Below the pieces are notes generated by a model. The model had not been told where the DNA came from. It was given only the letters and a program-made list of their open reading frames with translations, and searched no databases. Of a stretch of DNA of 64,000 bases, positions 26,485-38,047 are shown one piece after another. This DNA comes from Podarcis erhardii (taxonomy: Eukaryota): NCBI GenBank assembly GCA_964252035.1, contig OZ176216.1. One strand, written 5' to 3'. Both the position numbers and the translations under genes were made by a program. Position 1 is the first letter of the stretch. Every line of letters begins with the position of its first letter.

Positions 26485-28231
26485 CCAAATGTGTTAAATA
26501 TTCTGATTAGATTTCAGTTGGGCAGCTCAACTTGAGGTAGTAAGAGAAGCCCAAGAGGCTCGTGGCTGAATGTTCAAATTGTAGCTATCACTGAATAATG
26601 GGGAAGGGAGAAGAATTTTGGAGATGTATATATGGGGGTCAGGAGATGCTTTCTTGAGCAGATATTTGATACCAGTGCTGCATCAGCTTAGTCTTTGAGT
26701 CCTTCCCTTGCTTGAGTTGTCTGGAACCATCAGTTGTGAACGCAACATGTTGCTCAACTCGACCATGCTGTCAGCTCCCTGTTTGTGGCTAGGTATGGTT
26801 CATCCCTATCAGCCAGTTGAGGCCAATCATGTAGGACAAATGCGGCCCTGCCCAGTCAAGCTCTGTTTGCACTCCCTCCCAACTGCTTACTTTGCTGTCT
26901 ACAACCTCTCAAAGAGAGTGACACTGGCCGTCAGTCTCCTCCTTCTCCTTGGTCTCAGTGTTGCCTTTGAGAGAAATGGGGAGCCTTTCAAAATTATCCT
27001 TCAGAATAATGTATTCCAGTGATATATAAGAGGTATCCGTAGACAGCAGTTTAAACATTTATATTAAGTTTGACCTAGCAAAGTCAGAGAAACCCAATGA
27101 TAGTTTGGCAGTTCGGAGACCATGCAGTCATCGCCATTCACTGCTTAAAGTGTGACTGTGCTTAGAACATGAATTATGAATTGATGTACAATACAAACTT
27201 AGCAATCATATTGGTGCTGCCAGCATGTTCATGTTATAAATATAAGAAAAACAACTATTTTATTACGTCTGAGAGATTGAATATAGAGGTCTCGTTTTCT
27301 GTTGTCAAACCTGTAGGATTTCCTAAATGGTTTCGGAAATTTGGTTTCTATTAAATAAACCTGTCACACACCCGTTTGCCCATGAGGAACAGTTTTCCAA
27401 ATTGGTTTCAGTAAGTCTATCTGCAGTTTCGAGAAAAATACAAAAGAGCAACACACACACCGAATCGTTACAAGTTTGGTATTCAGAAGAAGAAAAGCCC
27501 TCTGATTTCTGTTTATTTGTTTATTTTGCCTTTTGAAGTCAATGTAGCCTTTGATAGTAGGCAGTGGAGATATCAGATAGTCTGTTGCAAATAGATTAGT
27601 TGATTCTAATGTCCCCAGATGAAACAGATGACCATGACATCGATGCCTATGTCTTTATAAAGGACAAGAACTGCTTTTGTTTGTTTGTTCGTTCATTTCT
27701 TAAGGGATTTAATGAAAATGTGACACCTTCCACTGGGAATACCACCCTGCTGAGAGCCTGAGGGCTCTGCTCCTGCCTCTCTCCACCTGGCCCAGGGCAG
27801 GGCCTGGCAGGTTTTAAAAGGACTGCTGCTGCTCAGCAGAGAGGGCTTCTTCCTTTAAATTGATTTTTTAATATCATTTTAAATTGTTTTCTTAGTGTTT
27901 TAACTGTTTTTATCTGAGTTGTAAGGGCATTTTGTAGGGTGTGCCTGGGAGGAGAGGAGTGGGGGAGAGCAGGGGGAGGCCCAATGACAGTGGTTCTGGG
28001 TAGGGGGAGGTATGGCATGGGAGGGGGATCAGACAGGGTAAGAGGCACACGGCACAGGCAGTTAGGGTGGTCATTTCTAGAGGGTGTTGCTTGGGGAATG
28101 CTTTTCAGCCCTGTGGAGCCTTCAGTGTGGGGTTCCGCAGGGCTGGATCCTATCTCCCACGTTGTTTAACATCTACATGAAACTGCTGGGTGGTGTTTTC
28201 TGGAGGCTTGGAGATGTTGGCTGTGCCTAAG

Positions 28232-28697
28232 TGTTATGCTTCCAAACTGAGTCTTTGGACTCCCAGTCCCTGAGTAGTGATAGCTCTGAGCAGGACACAA
28301 ACCCACTTCCTGGCCCATCCCAAGTGGACCTATCAGCACCAGATCCTTTACAGACCCCCCTGAGCCCAAATGTTGTACCTTTGACTATGCCACGGAGGAA
28401 TGGATTATGGACTCCTCTGACCATAAAGAAAGTTTTGCAGAGCTTTCTGCTGCCAAACCTAGAAGGAGTTTCACCAAAGGACAATGGTCCTTTGATGTGT
28501 TGCAGCCTATAGAAAGTGAAGCTCCAGCTCCAGCCCAAAATATAAAGGTCTTGCAATTGAAACATCCAGTCAGTGAGACAACTTGTCTATCCTGCTCTGG
28601 ACTGCAAGGTTGGCACTTGTGATCGTGAACTTCTTTCTGCTGAATTCTTTGACCCATCACACTTGTTTCTGTCCAGGGTTCTGACTTCACTCCAACA
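28232..28697 (+). mobile_element. Probable solo LTR
   Basis: TGTTA...AACA ends, TATA-like atataaag near 28540, LTR-like length. No TSD confirmed. Confidence 0.4.
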
Positions 28698-29368
28698 CAA
28701 TGCCAAATGAGACGATCCTGGGCCTCCCTCCCACCTTATGTATCAAGACACTCAGAATGCCCCTAAAGGAAGGCTTGTATTTGAAATGTCAACATACTCT
28801 ATTGCACATGGAGGTTGCTTCCTTTCTTTTCAAGCTGGTACATCTTGCCTTATGACTTGCCCCATTAATATTTGCACTGTCTACAGCCTTGGGAAGAGTA
28901 TAGAAATTCTCAATGAGATGAGGACAAGTCACATGGTGAGAAGTTGTGCAAAATTGATGAGCCAGTCAGGGATTACTTGCAAGCAGAGGCTGTTCTCTGG
29001 AGGCTGTCGCCCTTAATCTTAGTATCATAAAGTTGAAGGGGTCTTGTGGACCATCAAGTCCAACTCCCTGCTGAATGAAGGAAATCCAGAAATATTATCA
29101 TGGATGTAGTGGGGGCTTTGTGTGGTGGGCATAATGTGGACTCTGAGCTTGCATTTTGCAGCTAAAATTGTATCCATTGGCTTTGACATTATTAATTTAT
29201 ATTTATTTAGCTATCTGGATAAGGAAATTATATTGAGCTCTTCCATGGTTTAAGAACAGTGGCACAAAACTTGCACTTTAAAAAGAAATATGGCTCTCCT
29301 AATTTATGTGTTAGTTGAATATTAATATGTAGAATTGTATTTACCACTATTGTATATGCATCTCTTTG

Positions 29369-29431
29369 ATGACTTTCCATGCTTTTGTATTGAATATACA
29401 GTATATTCAATACAAAAGCATGGAAAGTCAT
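29369..29431. repeat. Perfect inverted repeat, 31-bp arms with 1-nt spacer
   Basis: atgactttccatgcttttgtattgaatatac-a-gtatattcaatacaaaagcatggaaagtcat. The ORF track shows nearly the same peptide on both strands here. Confidence 0.97.
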
Positions 29432-29466
29432 AAAAAAGTCATCAATGATGGAAGTTGTCCTGAATG

Positions 29467-29467
<1 letters not shown>

Positions 29468-29501
<34 letters not shown>
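29468..29501. repeat. (TG)17 microsatellite
   Basis: Seen directly. Confidence 0.95.
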
Positions 29502-29502
<1 letters not shown>

Positions 29503-31013
29503 CAACACTGAGAGTAAGGAGGAGGAAGCTGCTATGAAGTGCCACTCGCTGGACTTGTAAGTAATAAGACAGACAGCTGGGGTTATCTAAAGGCAGGCTG
29601 AGGTTTCTAGGACAGTACCCTACTGGAGCAACCTCCACTGCCCAATTCCTTGCCAACCAGATGGGATTTCCAAAAAGTGGTGCTTTGTCCTGGATCTTTG
29701 GCAAGTCAATAGAAAAATCACGCTTTTTGGCTCAGCAACTTTGGTGTTTGTCTAAAACAAAACTCAACGACTTTTGGAGTCTTCCTTAAAAAAACTAAAC
29801 ATCTTTTGGGTGGTCCTCGTTTTTTTCCTTTTTGAAATATGGCAACCCTAATAGGGCTGGCTCATGCTACAGAAATGGCCTTCTTGTGTGTCCTGACCAA
29901 TCTAGTCCAGCATCCTGTTCCCACAATGGCCAATCTGATGTCTGTGGGAGACATGAAAGCAGCACCCAAGTTTAATAGCACTGTCTTCTCCTGTGGTTTC
30001 TAGCAACTGGTCCTCAGAAGCATAGCCATCATGACTAGCAGCCACTTAGAACCTTATCCTCTGTGAATTTTTCAATTCTCTTTTAAAGTCACCCATCACA
30101 GCCTCCTGACACCAGTGTCACAGGCCCATAACAGCAGAATGTAACAGTGCTGTCATTGCATGGGTGCCTATGTATCTTGCAAGGAACTCCAATCAAAGGA
30201 ACCATTTCCCCCACTCACGTCCCATCACAGGGAAGCCAAGAAAATTAAGGAATTTAAAGAAAATAGGACAATCGAGCCCACAGAGCCATTTTGTGGCTAA
30301 CACAGTTCAAAGGTTTTCCTGCAAATTTGGAAGGATTAAAGACTTATTTAATGCATGTCTCCATACTTTACTGACAAGAATAGATGAAAGTGAATTTAAA
30401 TAAAGATTTTATTCGCTTCTTAATTATGCTGTTATTATGCCAGTTTTGGCAAAGTATTCCCCAGACGTAAAGTTTTCAAAATCAACCTTTTAAAACATTA
30501 AATTACCCTTTTAGTCTGCCAGTGATAATGATAAATACAGCTCAGTTCAATCTCATTACCCACTCTGATTCACTGGCTGGATTAATATTTGGTAAAAACT
30601 AACTGCCCTCGCAATAATCCTGTGGATATGTAAAAGAAATATTAATGGCACACAATTACAAAATAAATCTTCAGGGAATTGGGTTTCTGCATAATTAAAA
30701 AATAGGTAATGAGGGAGTTATTTTATGCAGATGTGGTGGCTATCTACTAGGTGGAACCGGGAGTTCCTTGCCAAGTTTCCAAACTTTTACCTTCAGCTTA
30801 CCTGACCTTGCCTTCATAACAATTTCTCTGCTGAGGAGTCGCAAACAAACAGAGGAAGAGCCTACTGGATCAGGCCCATCTAGTCTCATTAGACGGATGG
30901 GCACAGCAGCCATTTTAATATCCCATAATGCTTGTGGGCCCTAATGAGGTGTCACTTAGTGTGTTTGGCTGCAATTCAAGTCATGAGAACAGGCCTGGAA
31001 AAAATATGTGGTA

Positions 31014-31240
31014 CAGTGGTACCTCAGGTTACAGACGCTTCAGGTTACAGACTCCACTAACCCAGAAATAGTACCTCGGGTTAAGAACTTTGCTTCAGGA
31101 TGAGAACAGAAATCGCGTGGTGGTGGCAAGGCGGTGGAGGGAGGCCACCATTAGCTAAAGTGGTACTTCAGGTTAAGAACAGTTTCAGCTTAAGAACGGA
31201 CCTCCAGAACGAATTAAGTTCTTAACCCAAGGTACCACTG
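31014..31240. mobile_element. Tc1/mariner-pogo MITE
   Basis: TIRs cagtggtacct / aggtaccactg with TA duplications; close to the copy at 37821-38047. Confidence 0.92.
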
Positions 31241-32006
31241 TATTCCTGGTGCTGGGTGGTAACTACATTGCCACCTTTATTGTTTTACAGACAGAGACTC
31301 TGTGCCTTTAACAGCAACGGGCAAGCCTCTTCTCACCGCTTTATCTCTATGCCTGGAGAAGCTTCGCCGGTTGCTTTCTGCTTCTGTTAACTGTACAGAA
31401 CTTGCATCCATAAAATGGTTCCAACTCTACCTGGCGTTCCTCCCTGCCCCACACACCTTCCTTCATTTTCTTATTAAATGTAGTCTCCATGCTTGTTAAC
31501 TTCTTAAAATCCAGAGATCTACATTCATGGCCTTAGAGGAAAGCTCAACCTTTTCTCAATTTCATAACGAGCCAAAGATTAACCGCACGTGCTTTGCACT
31601 TAATGATAGCACTTGTGTGCAAACAGAGTGGAAAAAAGACGGCATTGCCTCCAGGATGGAGGATGCCTGCCAAGGCATCTGCATGGCGAAGCCCTTCCAT
31701 ATACTTCCTTAGCTGCTTCTGGTCAGATTTAAACACTCATTAAAAGAGAAAGTCAAAGCAGGCTGGGGAGCTTTGGAATTTACCTGGCCTGGTTCTCCAA
31801 AGGAATTCTGCATTGCTGTGGTCCTATCTGCTAGTTGAGATAGTCAGAACATAAAGAAGAGCCTGGCCACTGGGTCAGGCCAGTAGTGGCTCATCTGTTT
31901 CCGCTTCATGTTCTCACAGTGGCCAACCAGATGCCCATGGGAAACTCACATCAGGACCTGAGCACTTGTGATTCCCAGCCACTGGCATTCAGAGGTACCT
32001 GAAGTA

Positions 32007-32521
32007 CAGTGGTACCTTGGTTCTCAAACTTAATCCGTTCTGGAAGTCCGTTCCAAAACCAAAACGTTCCAAAACCAAGGCACACTTTCCCCTAGAAAGT
32101 AATGCAAAATGGATTAATCCATTCCAGACCTTTTAAAACAACCCCTAAAACAGCAATTTAACATGAATTTTACTATCTAATGAGACCATTGATCCATAAA
32201 ATGAAAGCAATAAACAATGTACTGCAGTCACACAATCAATCAATCAATCAATCAGTAGCTGAACTGGGTTCCACACAGTCACAAAAACAAAACAAAAAAG
32301 CCACAAAAACAAAAAGGCAAAATAAATAGCAAAAACAGACAGACCTCAGCGTAACACTCAAAACGGAAGCGTGGCACTCAAATCGGAAGCGTAACCCCCA
32401 AAATGGAGCAAGTTCAGCTTCCGAAAAAAGTTGGCAAACCAGAACATTTACTTCCGTGTTTGCAGTGTTTGGGTTCCAAGTTGTTTGAGTACCAAGGCAT
32501 TTGTGAACCAAGGTACCACTG
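32007..32521. mobile_element. Tigger-like MITE, 515 bp
   Basis: TIRs cagtggtaccttggttc / gaaccaaggtaccactg with TA duplications. Confidence 0.9.
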
Positions 32522-32607
32522 TAATCATTGTGTTTACTAGTGAATAATGTATCTAATACAGAAGTATCTGTGAGTTGGTCCTTGCATCACTCTAAATCCC
32601 TAAATGT

Positions 32608-32610
<3 letters not shown>

Positions 32611-32653
<43 letters not shown>
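32611..32653. repeat. (AT)n microsatellite
   Basis: Seen directly. Confidence 0.95.
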
Positions 32654-32656
<3 letters not shown>

Positions 32657-32699
32657 CATTTCTTTCTCACCTTTTCTCCAAAGAGATCAAAGTAGCATA

Positions 32700-32870
32700 T
32701 GCACCCCCCCCCTTTTATCCTCACAGCAACCTTGTGAGGTAGGCTTGGCTGAGAGAGACTGGCAGGCACAAGGTGACAGCCAGTGGGCTCCATGGCTGAG
32801 TGGGGATTTGAACCCTGGTCTCCCAGGGCCAGGGCCAGCACTCTAGCCACTGACTCACAATGGCCTGAGA
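32700..32870 (-). mobile_element. tRNA-derived MIR-like SINE fragment (similar at about 44405-44510 and 59270-59410)
   Basis: ttatcctcacagcaaccttgtgaggtagg...catggctgagtggggatttgaaccctggtctcc motif. Confidence 0.7.
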
Positions 32871-34372
32871 GCCCGCATCTCTCGCATGCTTCTTTTTGAA
32901 GGTGAGGCTCAGAGCAGGGACGTCTTGTCAGTTGCACCAGCAATCTGGAGTCCCCTGCCCAGGAAACCCTGTATTACATAATCCTTCATCCCATGAAGGC
33001 TTTGACAGACCCCCTTATTGTAGGCCTCATATCCCACAGCAGCCTTTGCCAACCTGCTGTGCTCCAGATGTCTGGAATTGGGAGATATTATAGCCTACAA
33101 CATCCTGAGGAGGACACCAAGTTGGCCAAGACTTCATAGAGTAACAAGCCATAAGCATACACCACTGAAACTAATGCATAGGCTTCCTGATTTCTTCCTT
33201 TCCATTTCCATTTCCATTTCTACTGTTATCTTTCCCATGCCAAAGTTTAGGCTGTCCTCTTTGTAAAGCATAATGTGTATTGATGGTGGCACTGTGTCAA
33301 AATAGTAAATAACCACCACCACAACAATCTTTTCGTCACTTAATTTAAAAGCAGCTGGTTTGACAGAGAGAATTTTCCCTGGGGTTGTCAAACTAAGTTG
33401 TTGTTGTTGCCGCTGCTGCCGCTGCCGCTGCTGTGATATGTTTCCTTTTGTTTTTGGATCATTGGTTTTGTTTGTTTGACTTTATTGTCCAGCGTTTTTT
33501 GTACTTTTGAGTAGAGAAGCTTGATAATAGTCACCAGATTCCTCTAAATTACTGCACAGTTTATGACTTGCTAGTTGAATGGATGCTGCTGGCTCACTCA
33601 AAAAGTATATCAGGAGGCATTCAGCTAAGTTTTACTCAGAGTAGAACCATTGTCATTAATGTGCGTAACTGAGGACTTGTCATTGCGCATCTTCCGTAAC
33701 ACTAGTCATCCAATGAAGCACGATGGTGGGAGATTCATAGGCACAAATTTATTCACCCTGTACAATCCAGATGTTGTTGAACTACAACTCCCACCAACCC
33801 AAGCCATTAGATATAGGGGCTGGTAGGAGCTGATGGGAATTGTACTGCAACAACATAATATGGGGTGCGCCACAATATCTGCCCCTGTGGTACATAGTTA
33901 AACTATGAGATTTGTTGCCACAAGATGTGATGATAGCTACAGGCTTAGATGATGTTAACAGGATGTGTGTGACATGTTCATGAAAGGTCTGTTGTGGCTA
34001 TTAGCTATAACAGCTACCTAGAAACCTCTGTGTTTGTAGGCAGTATATATCTGAATGCCAGTTGCTGGGGTGGCTGTCTTGTCATGGTTGTGGGCTTCCT
34101 AGAGTATCTGGTGTGTGATGCAGAACTAGATTTAAGTATTTCTAAGTAGGAAGTACCAGGTGCTGCTCAGGAATTCGAGGAAAACAAAAGTCCTTTGGAG
34201 GTTTTTAAGCAGGGGTTGGATGGCCATCTGTCATGGATGCTTTAGTTGAGATTCCTGCTTTGCAGAGGATTGGACTAGATGAATCTTGGGGTCCCTTCCA
34301 ACTCCACAATTCCATGATCTCCAGTGCCAGAGGCAGCATGACTCTGAGACTGTGTGCACACCATACTTCAAG

Positions 34373-34950
34373 CAGTGGCGTAGCGTGGGTTGTCAGCACC
34401 CGGGGCAAGGCAAGTAATTTGCGCCCCCTAACCCGGGGCAAGGCAAGTAATTTGCGCCCCTAACCCCTAACCTGCCACCGCTGCCAGCTTCTTCTTGCTG
34501 CTGCCTGGGCTGGGGTATTTATGGTAAGGTAGCCACGGCGGCGGCAGCAGGTCCGTGTCAGGTGATCTGACGCAAGTTGCCACTGGCACTGCCGCCCAAA
34601 CGACGCCGCTTGCCCGGAGGAGGAGGGCATAGAGGCAAGGAAAATGCAACAAGGCCCAGCAGCTGCAGCAGCAGCGGCGGCGGCGGCGGCGGGGCTGTGA
34701 GGAGGGGCTGCCTGGCACGCCCTCCGCGGCCCTGACACGCGGGGACTGCGGCGAGCGCTGAGAGCCGCTGCCTGCCAGACGCCTTCAGCCCGGATGCGCA
34801 CACAGCTCGTCGGTTCCGCGAGACATGGAGCTCTGCTACAGCCTGCACCCGAGGCTCTTCGGTGACTCCGGAGGCGGCGAGCGCGCCCCCCCCCCAGATG
34901 TTGCACCCGGTGCGGCCGGCCCCCCCTGCACCCCCCACGCTACGCCACTG
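34373..34950 (-). mobile_element. hAT non-autonomous element (578 bp), same ends as 17924-18803, inverted, different interior
   Basis: TIRs CAGTGGCGTAGCGTGG / CCACGCTACGCCACTG; TSD ACTTCAAG/ACTTTAAG (7/8); about 100-110 bp at each end align to the 17924 copy. Confidence 0.93.
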
Positions 34951-35222
34951 ACTTTAAGGCACATTTCAAGTATGCACGCACTACAAGAATCCTGGGAACT
35001 GAAGGATGCTTGAAAATGCCGCTCTGATGTGTAAACTACAGTTAACAGGCTTGTTTTTTGATGGGCGGGTGCTTCAGAAGTCCTTTAAACATTTGGTGTG
35101 TATGCAGCCAGAATGTGAGTTACTGGGGAATGACAGAGAGAGGGCTATGGTGCTCATGTCCTGCACAAGGGCTTCCCATAAACATCTGGGATGGTCACTT
35201 AGGAACTGAATGCTTGACTAGA

Positions 35223-35474
35223 GAGCCAGTGTGGTGTAGTGGTTAAGAGTGTTGGACTCATAATCTGGTGAAGCGGGTTCGCTTCCCCGCTCCTCCACAT
35301 GCAGCTGCTGGGTGACCTTGGGCTAGTCACACTTCTCTGAAGTCTCTCAGCCCCACTCACCTCACAGAGTGTTTGTTGTGGGGGAGGAAGGGAAAGGAGA
35401 ATGTTAGCCGCTTTGAGACTCCTTTGGGTAGTGATAAAGCGGGATATCAAATCCAAACTCTTTTTCTTCTTCTT
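35223..35474 (+). mobile_element. Full-length young tRNA-derived SINE (Squam2-like, name tentative)
   Basis: A-box gtggtgtagtggtt, B-box-like gggttcgcttccc, (TTC)n tail, 10-bp TSD CTTGACTAGA (35213-35222 and 35475-35484). Confidence 0.88.
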
Positions 35475-35551
35475 CTTGACTAGATGGGCTCTTAGTATGA
35501 TGCTGCAGAGCTCTTCCTGAGTGATGATATCCCATAATTCTTCTTGACATA

Positions 35552-35810
35552 CAGTCATACCTTGGGTTGAAGTAGCTTCAGGTTAAGCTTTTCGGGTTGC
35601 GCTCCACAGCGACCCGGAAGTAATGAAGCACGTTACTTCTGGGTTTCACCGCTCGCGCATGCACAGCCGCTCAAAATGATGTCACGTGCATGCACGGAAG
35701 CGGCGAATAGCAATCTGCACACATGCAGACATGCAGACGTGGGTTGCGTTCACTTCAGGATGCGAACAGGGCTCCGGAACAGATCCCATTCGCATCCAGA
35801 GGTACCACTG
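35552..35810. mobile_element. Tc1/mariner-pogo MITE
   Basis: ta|cagtcatacct ... aggtaccactg|ta. Confidence 0.85.
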
Positions 35811-36741
35811 TATAAGCATTGTTTTTATGTGAACAGGGAAACATTACTGGTGGTTCTTTTCCTCAATACTGTGAATGAGGTACACCACGAGGTGCCCGGC
35901 TTCGCTCAGTTGCAGACGCCGATGCCTCGGGCTGGTTTGTTGCCCTGGGCTGTGCTGGGGTGGGCGCCAGGCAGATCTTTGCATCCCAGCGCCGCATAAA
36001 CTTAAGACAGCCCTGCCTGAGACCTTCTGCATGCAAAGCAGATGCTCTGCAGCTGAACTACAGCCTTTCCCCCTATTCTATTTTAGCCAGTGGAAATACA
36101 AATGTTTTTCATGCCCAGAACTTAATGCAGCAATTGATTTAATAGCTATGGGGCCTTCTTTCTTAACCTTCATTCCAGGCATTAATTGTAACGAGGCCAG
36201 AAATTATTATTTTTTGAGACCTTAAGAAGGTGGGGGGGGGGGGAGAGGACTGACTGGAAACCTTAGCAGGCCCTGCCTCTCCTCTTCAATCTATCGCTTT
36301 GATTCTGGGCACTCTGTCCAAAGCAGATGGCAGCTTTTCAGAAGCTGTCCAAAAAGGCTGCCTTCCCTAGTCCAATCAAGAGCCCTCTGGCCATTTTTCT
36401 ACATGGCTGTGACAGCCCTTATGAACATACAAAGTTGCTTTATGCTGAAGGAGGCTCTCTGGCTCAGGGTTGCCCACACTATAGACAGTGGATCTCCAGA
36501 TTCTTCTCGGGCAAAGTGGGTCTCCCTACCCTGAGATTCTTTTAATGGAGATGCCAAGGATTCAGCCAGATGCCTCTGTCATCCAAAGCCTGTGCTATCA
36601 TGTGGTTTGTATCCAGCTAGGTTCTGCTCAGAATAGACTTGTTCAAATTAAAGAACCAACATTTACTGTTTTCATTAACTCCAATGGGTCTACTTTGAGT
36701 AGAGCTAGCATTGGATACAACCCAATTATGGTAGAGTCTAT

Positions 36742-37042
36742 GATGCGGGTGGCGCTGTGCTCGAATCCCTGCAATGGGGTGAGCTCCTGTTGCTCGGTCC
36801 CTGCTCCTGCCAACCTAGCAGGTTGAAAGCACATCAAAGTGCAAGTAGATAAATAGGTACCGCTCCAGTGGGAAGGTAAACGACATTTCCGTGTGCTGCT
36901 CTGGTTTCGCCAGAAGCGGCTTAGTCATGCTGGCCATATGACCTGGAAAAAACTGTGGACAAACGCTGGCTCCCTCAGCCAGTAAAGTGAGATGAGTGCC
37001 GCAACCCCAGTCGTCTGTCAGGGTCCTTTACCTTTACCTTTT
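36742..37042 (+). mobile_element. Sauria SINE with internal deletion
   Basis: ggtggcgctgtg head, gcaagtagataaataggtaccgct core, (ACCTTT)n tail. Confidence 0.9.
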
Positions 37043-37064
37043 AATGACTGCCTAGGGTGTACAG

Positions 37065-37200
37065 CAGGCTTCCTCAAACTCAGCCCTCCAGATGTTTTTG
37101 ACCTACAACTCCCATGATCCCTAGCTAGCAGGACCAGTGTTCAGGGATGATGGGAACTGTAGTCTCAAAACATCTGGAGGGCTGAGGTTGAGGAAGCCTG
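37065..37200. mobile_element. hAT hairpin MITE
   Basis: TIRs caggcttcctcaa; almost fully palindromic; decayed TSD GTGTACAG/GTATACAC (6/8). Confidence 0.85.
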
Positions 37201-37233
37201 GTATACACACTCATTTTTTGCCTCTCTTATAGA

Positions 37234-37426
37234 AGGGCTATAGCTCAGTGACAGAATATCTGCCTTGCATGCAGAAGAACCCAAGTTCAATCCCCAGCAT
37301 CTCCAGGTAGGGCTGGGAGACGCTCCCTGCATGAAACCTTGGAGTGCTGCTGCCAGTCAGTGTAGACAATACTGAGCTAGATGGATCTATGGTCTGACTC
37401 AGTAAAAGGCAGATTCCTGTGTTCCT
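37234..37426 (+). mobile_element. Squam3-like tRNA-derived SINE (also 42543-42718; decayed head near 59690)
   Basis: gctatagctcagtg...tgcatgcagaag...gttcaatcccc head and ggtctgactcag...ggcag.ttcctgtgttcct tail. Confidence 0.85.
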
Positions 37427-37820
37427 GCATATCATCTCTGGTCAAATGGAGTTTTGCAGGTTCCCAAAGTACAGTTAAGAAACTTCAGGTGCCTCCAGAC
37501 ATCCTTTTAATTGAGCAGTCATGATCGTTTGTGCTCATAATATCATCAGGGTGCATTTCTGTGATGGCATTTCTGTGTCTGCCAAAGTTCTGGGGTAGTT
37601 GTATTGTTTTCCTTGGTAAATAGGTCCACGTCCCATCATTTTTTGCTAAAATCCTGCAACTTTTCAGACCGCAAATACTCCACTGGTGTGTATGTATGTT
37701 CTGTTTTTGCTGCAGTGTTGCGCAAGGCTGCCCCTCCAAACAGCAAAGATGTGGTAACACAAGGAAAGCATGGCAGAACAACTAATAAAACAGAATGATG
37801 CACCCATTATAAATCCACTA

Positions 37821-38047
37821 CAGTGGTACCTCGGGTTACATACGCTTCAGGTTACATACGCTTCAGGTTACACAGACTCCACTAACCCAGAAATAGTACC
37901 TCGGGTTAAGAACTTTGCTTCAGGATGAGAACAGAAATCGTGCTCTGGCAGTGCAGCGGCAGCAGGAGGCCTCATTAGCTAAAGTGGTGCTTCAGGTTAA
38001 GAACAGACCTCCAGAACGAATTAAATACTTAACCCAAGGTACCACTG
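37821..38047. mobile_element. Tc1/mariner-pogo MITE
   Basis: TIRs cagtggtacct / aggtaccactg with TA duplications; sister copy of 31014-31240. Confidence 0.92.

Noticed and set aside
34391-34411. REST/NRSE-like site tcagcacccggggcaaggc
   Set aside because: The left half matches, but the GGACAG core is broken and the sequence is part of the transposon end.
17924-34950. 17-kb composite transposon formed by the two inverted hAT copies
   Set aside because: Each copy has its own TSD, the outer flanks (ATCCTGGC and ACTTTAAG) do not match, and both outer ends are the same end type. These are independent insertions.
34460-35013. Overlapping 60-150-aa ORFs
   Set aside because: Same cause: GC-rich interior of the second hAT element.
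35922-35999. MPRAGLLPWAVLGW... as the missing GRIK4 signal-peptide exon
   Set aside because: It starts MPR like mammalian GRIK4, but has no HSLRI-like end, no phase-1 donor at the right distance, and runs into a stop.
36548-36660. MPRIQPDASV... as the GRIK4 first coding exon
   Set aside because: Not hydrophobic, no similarity beyond MPR and no suitable donor.
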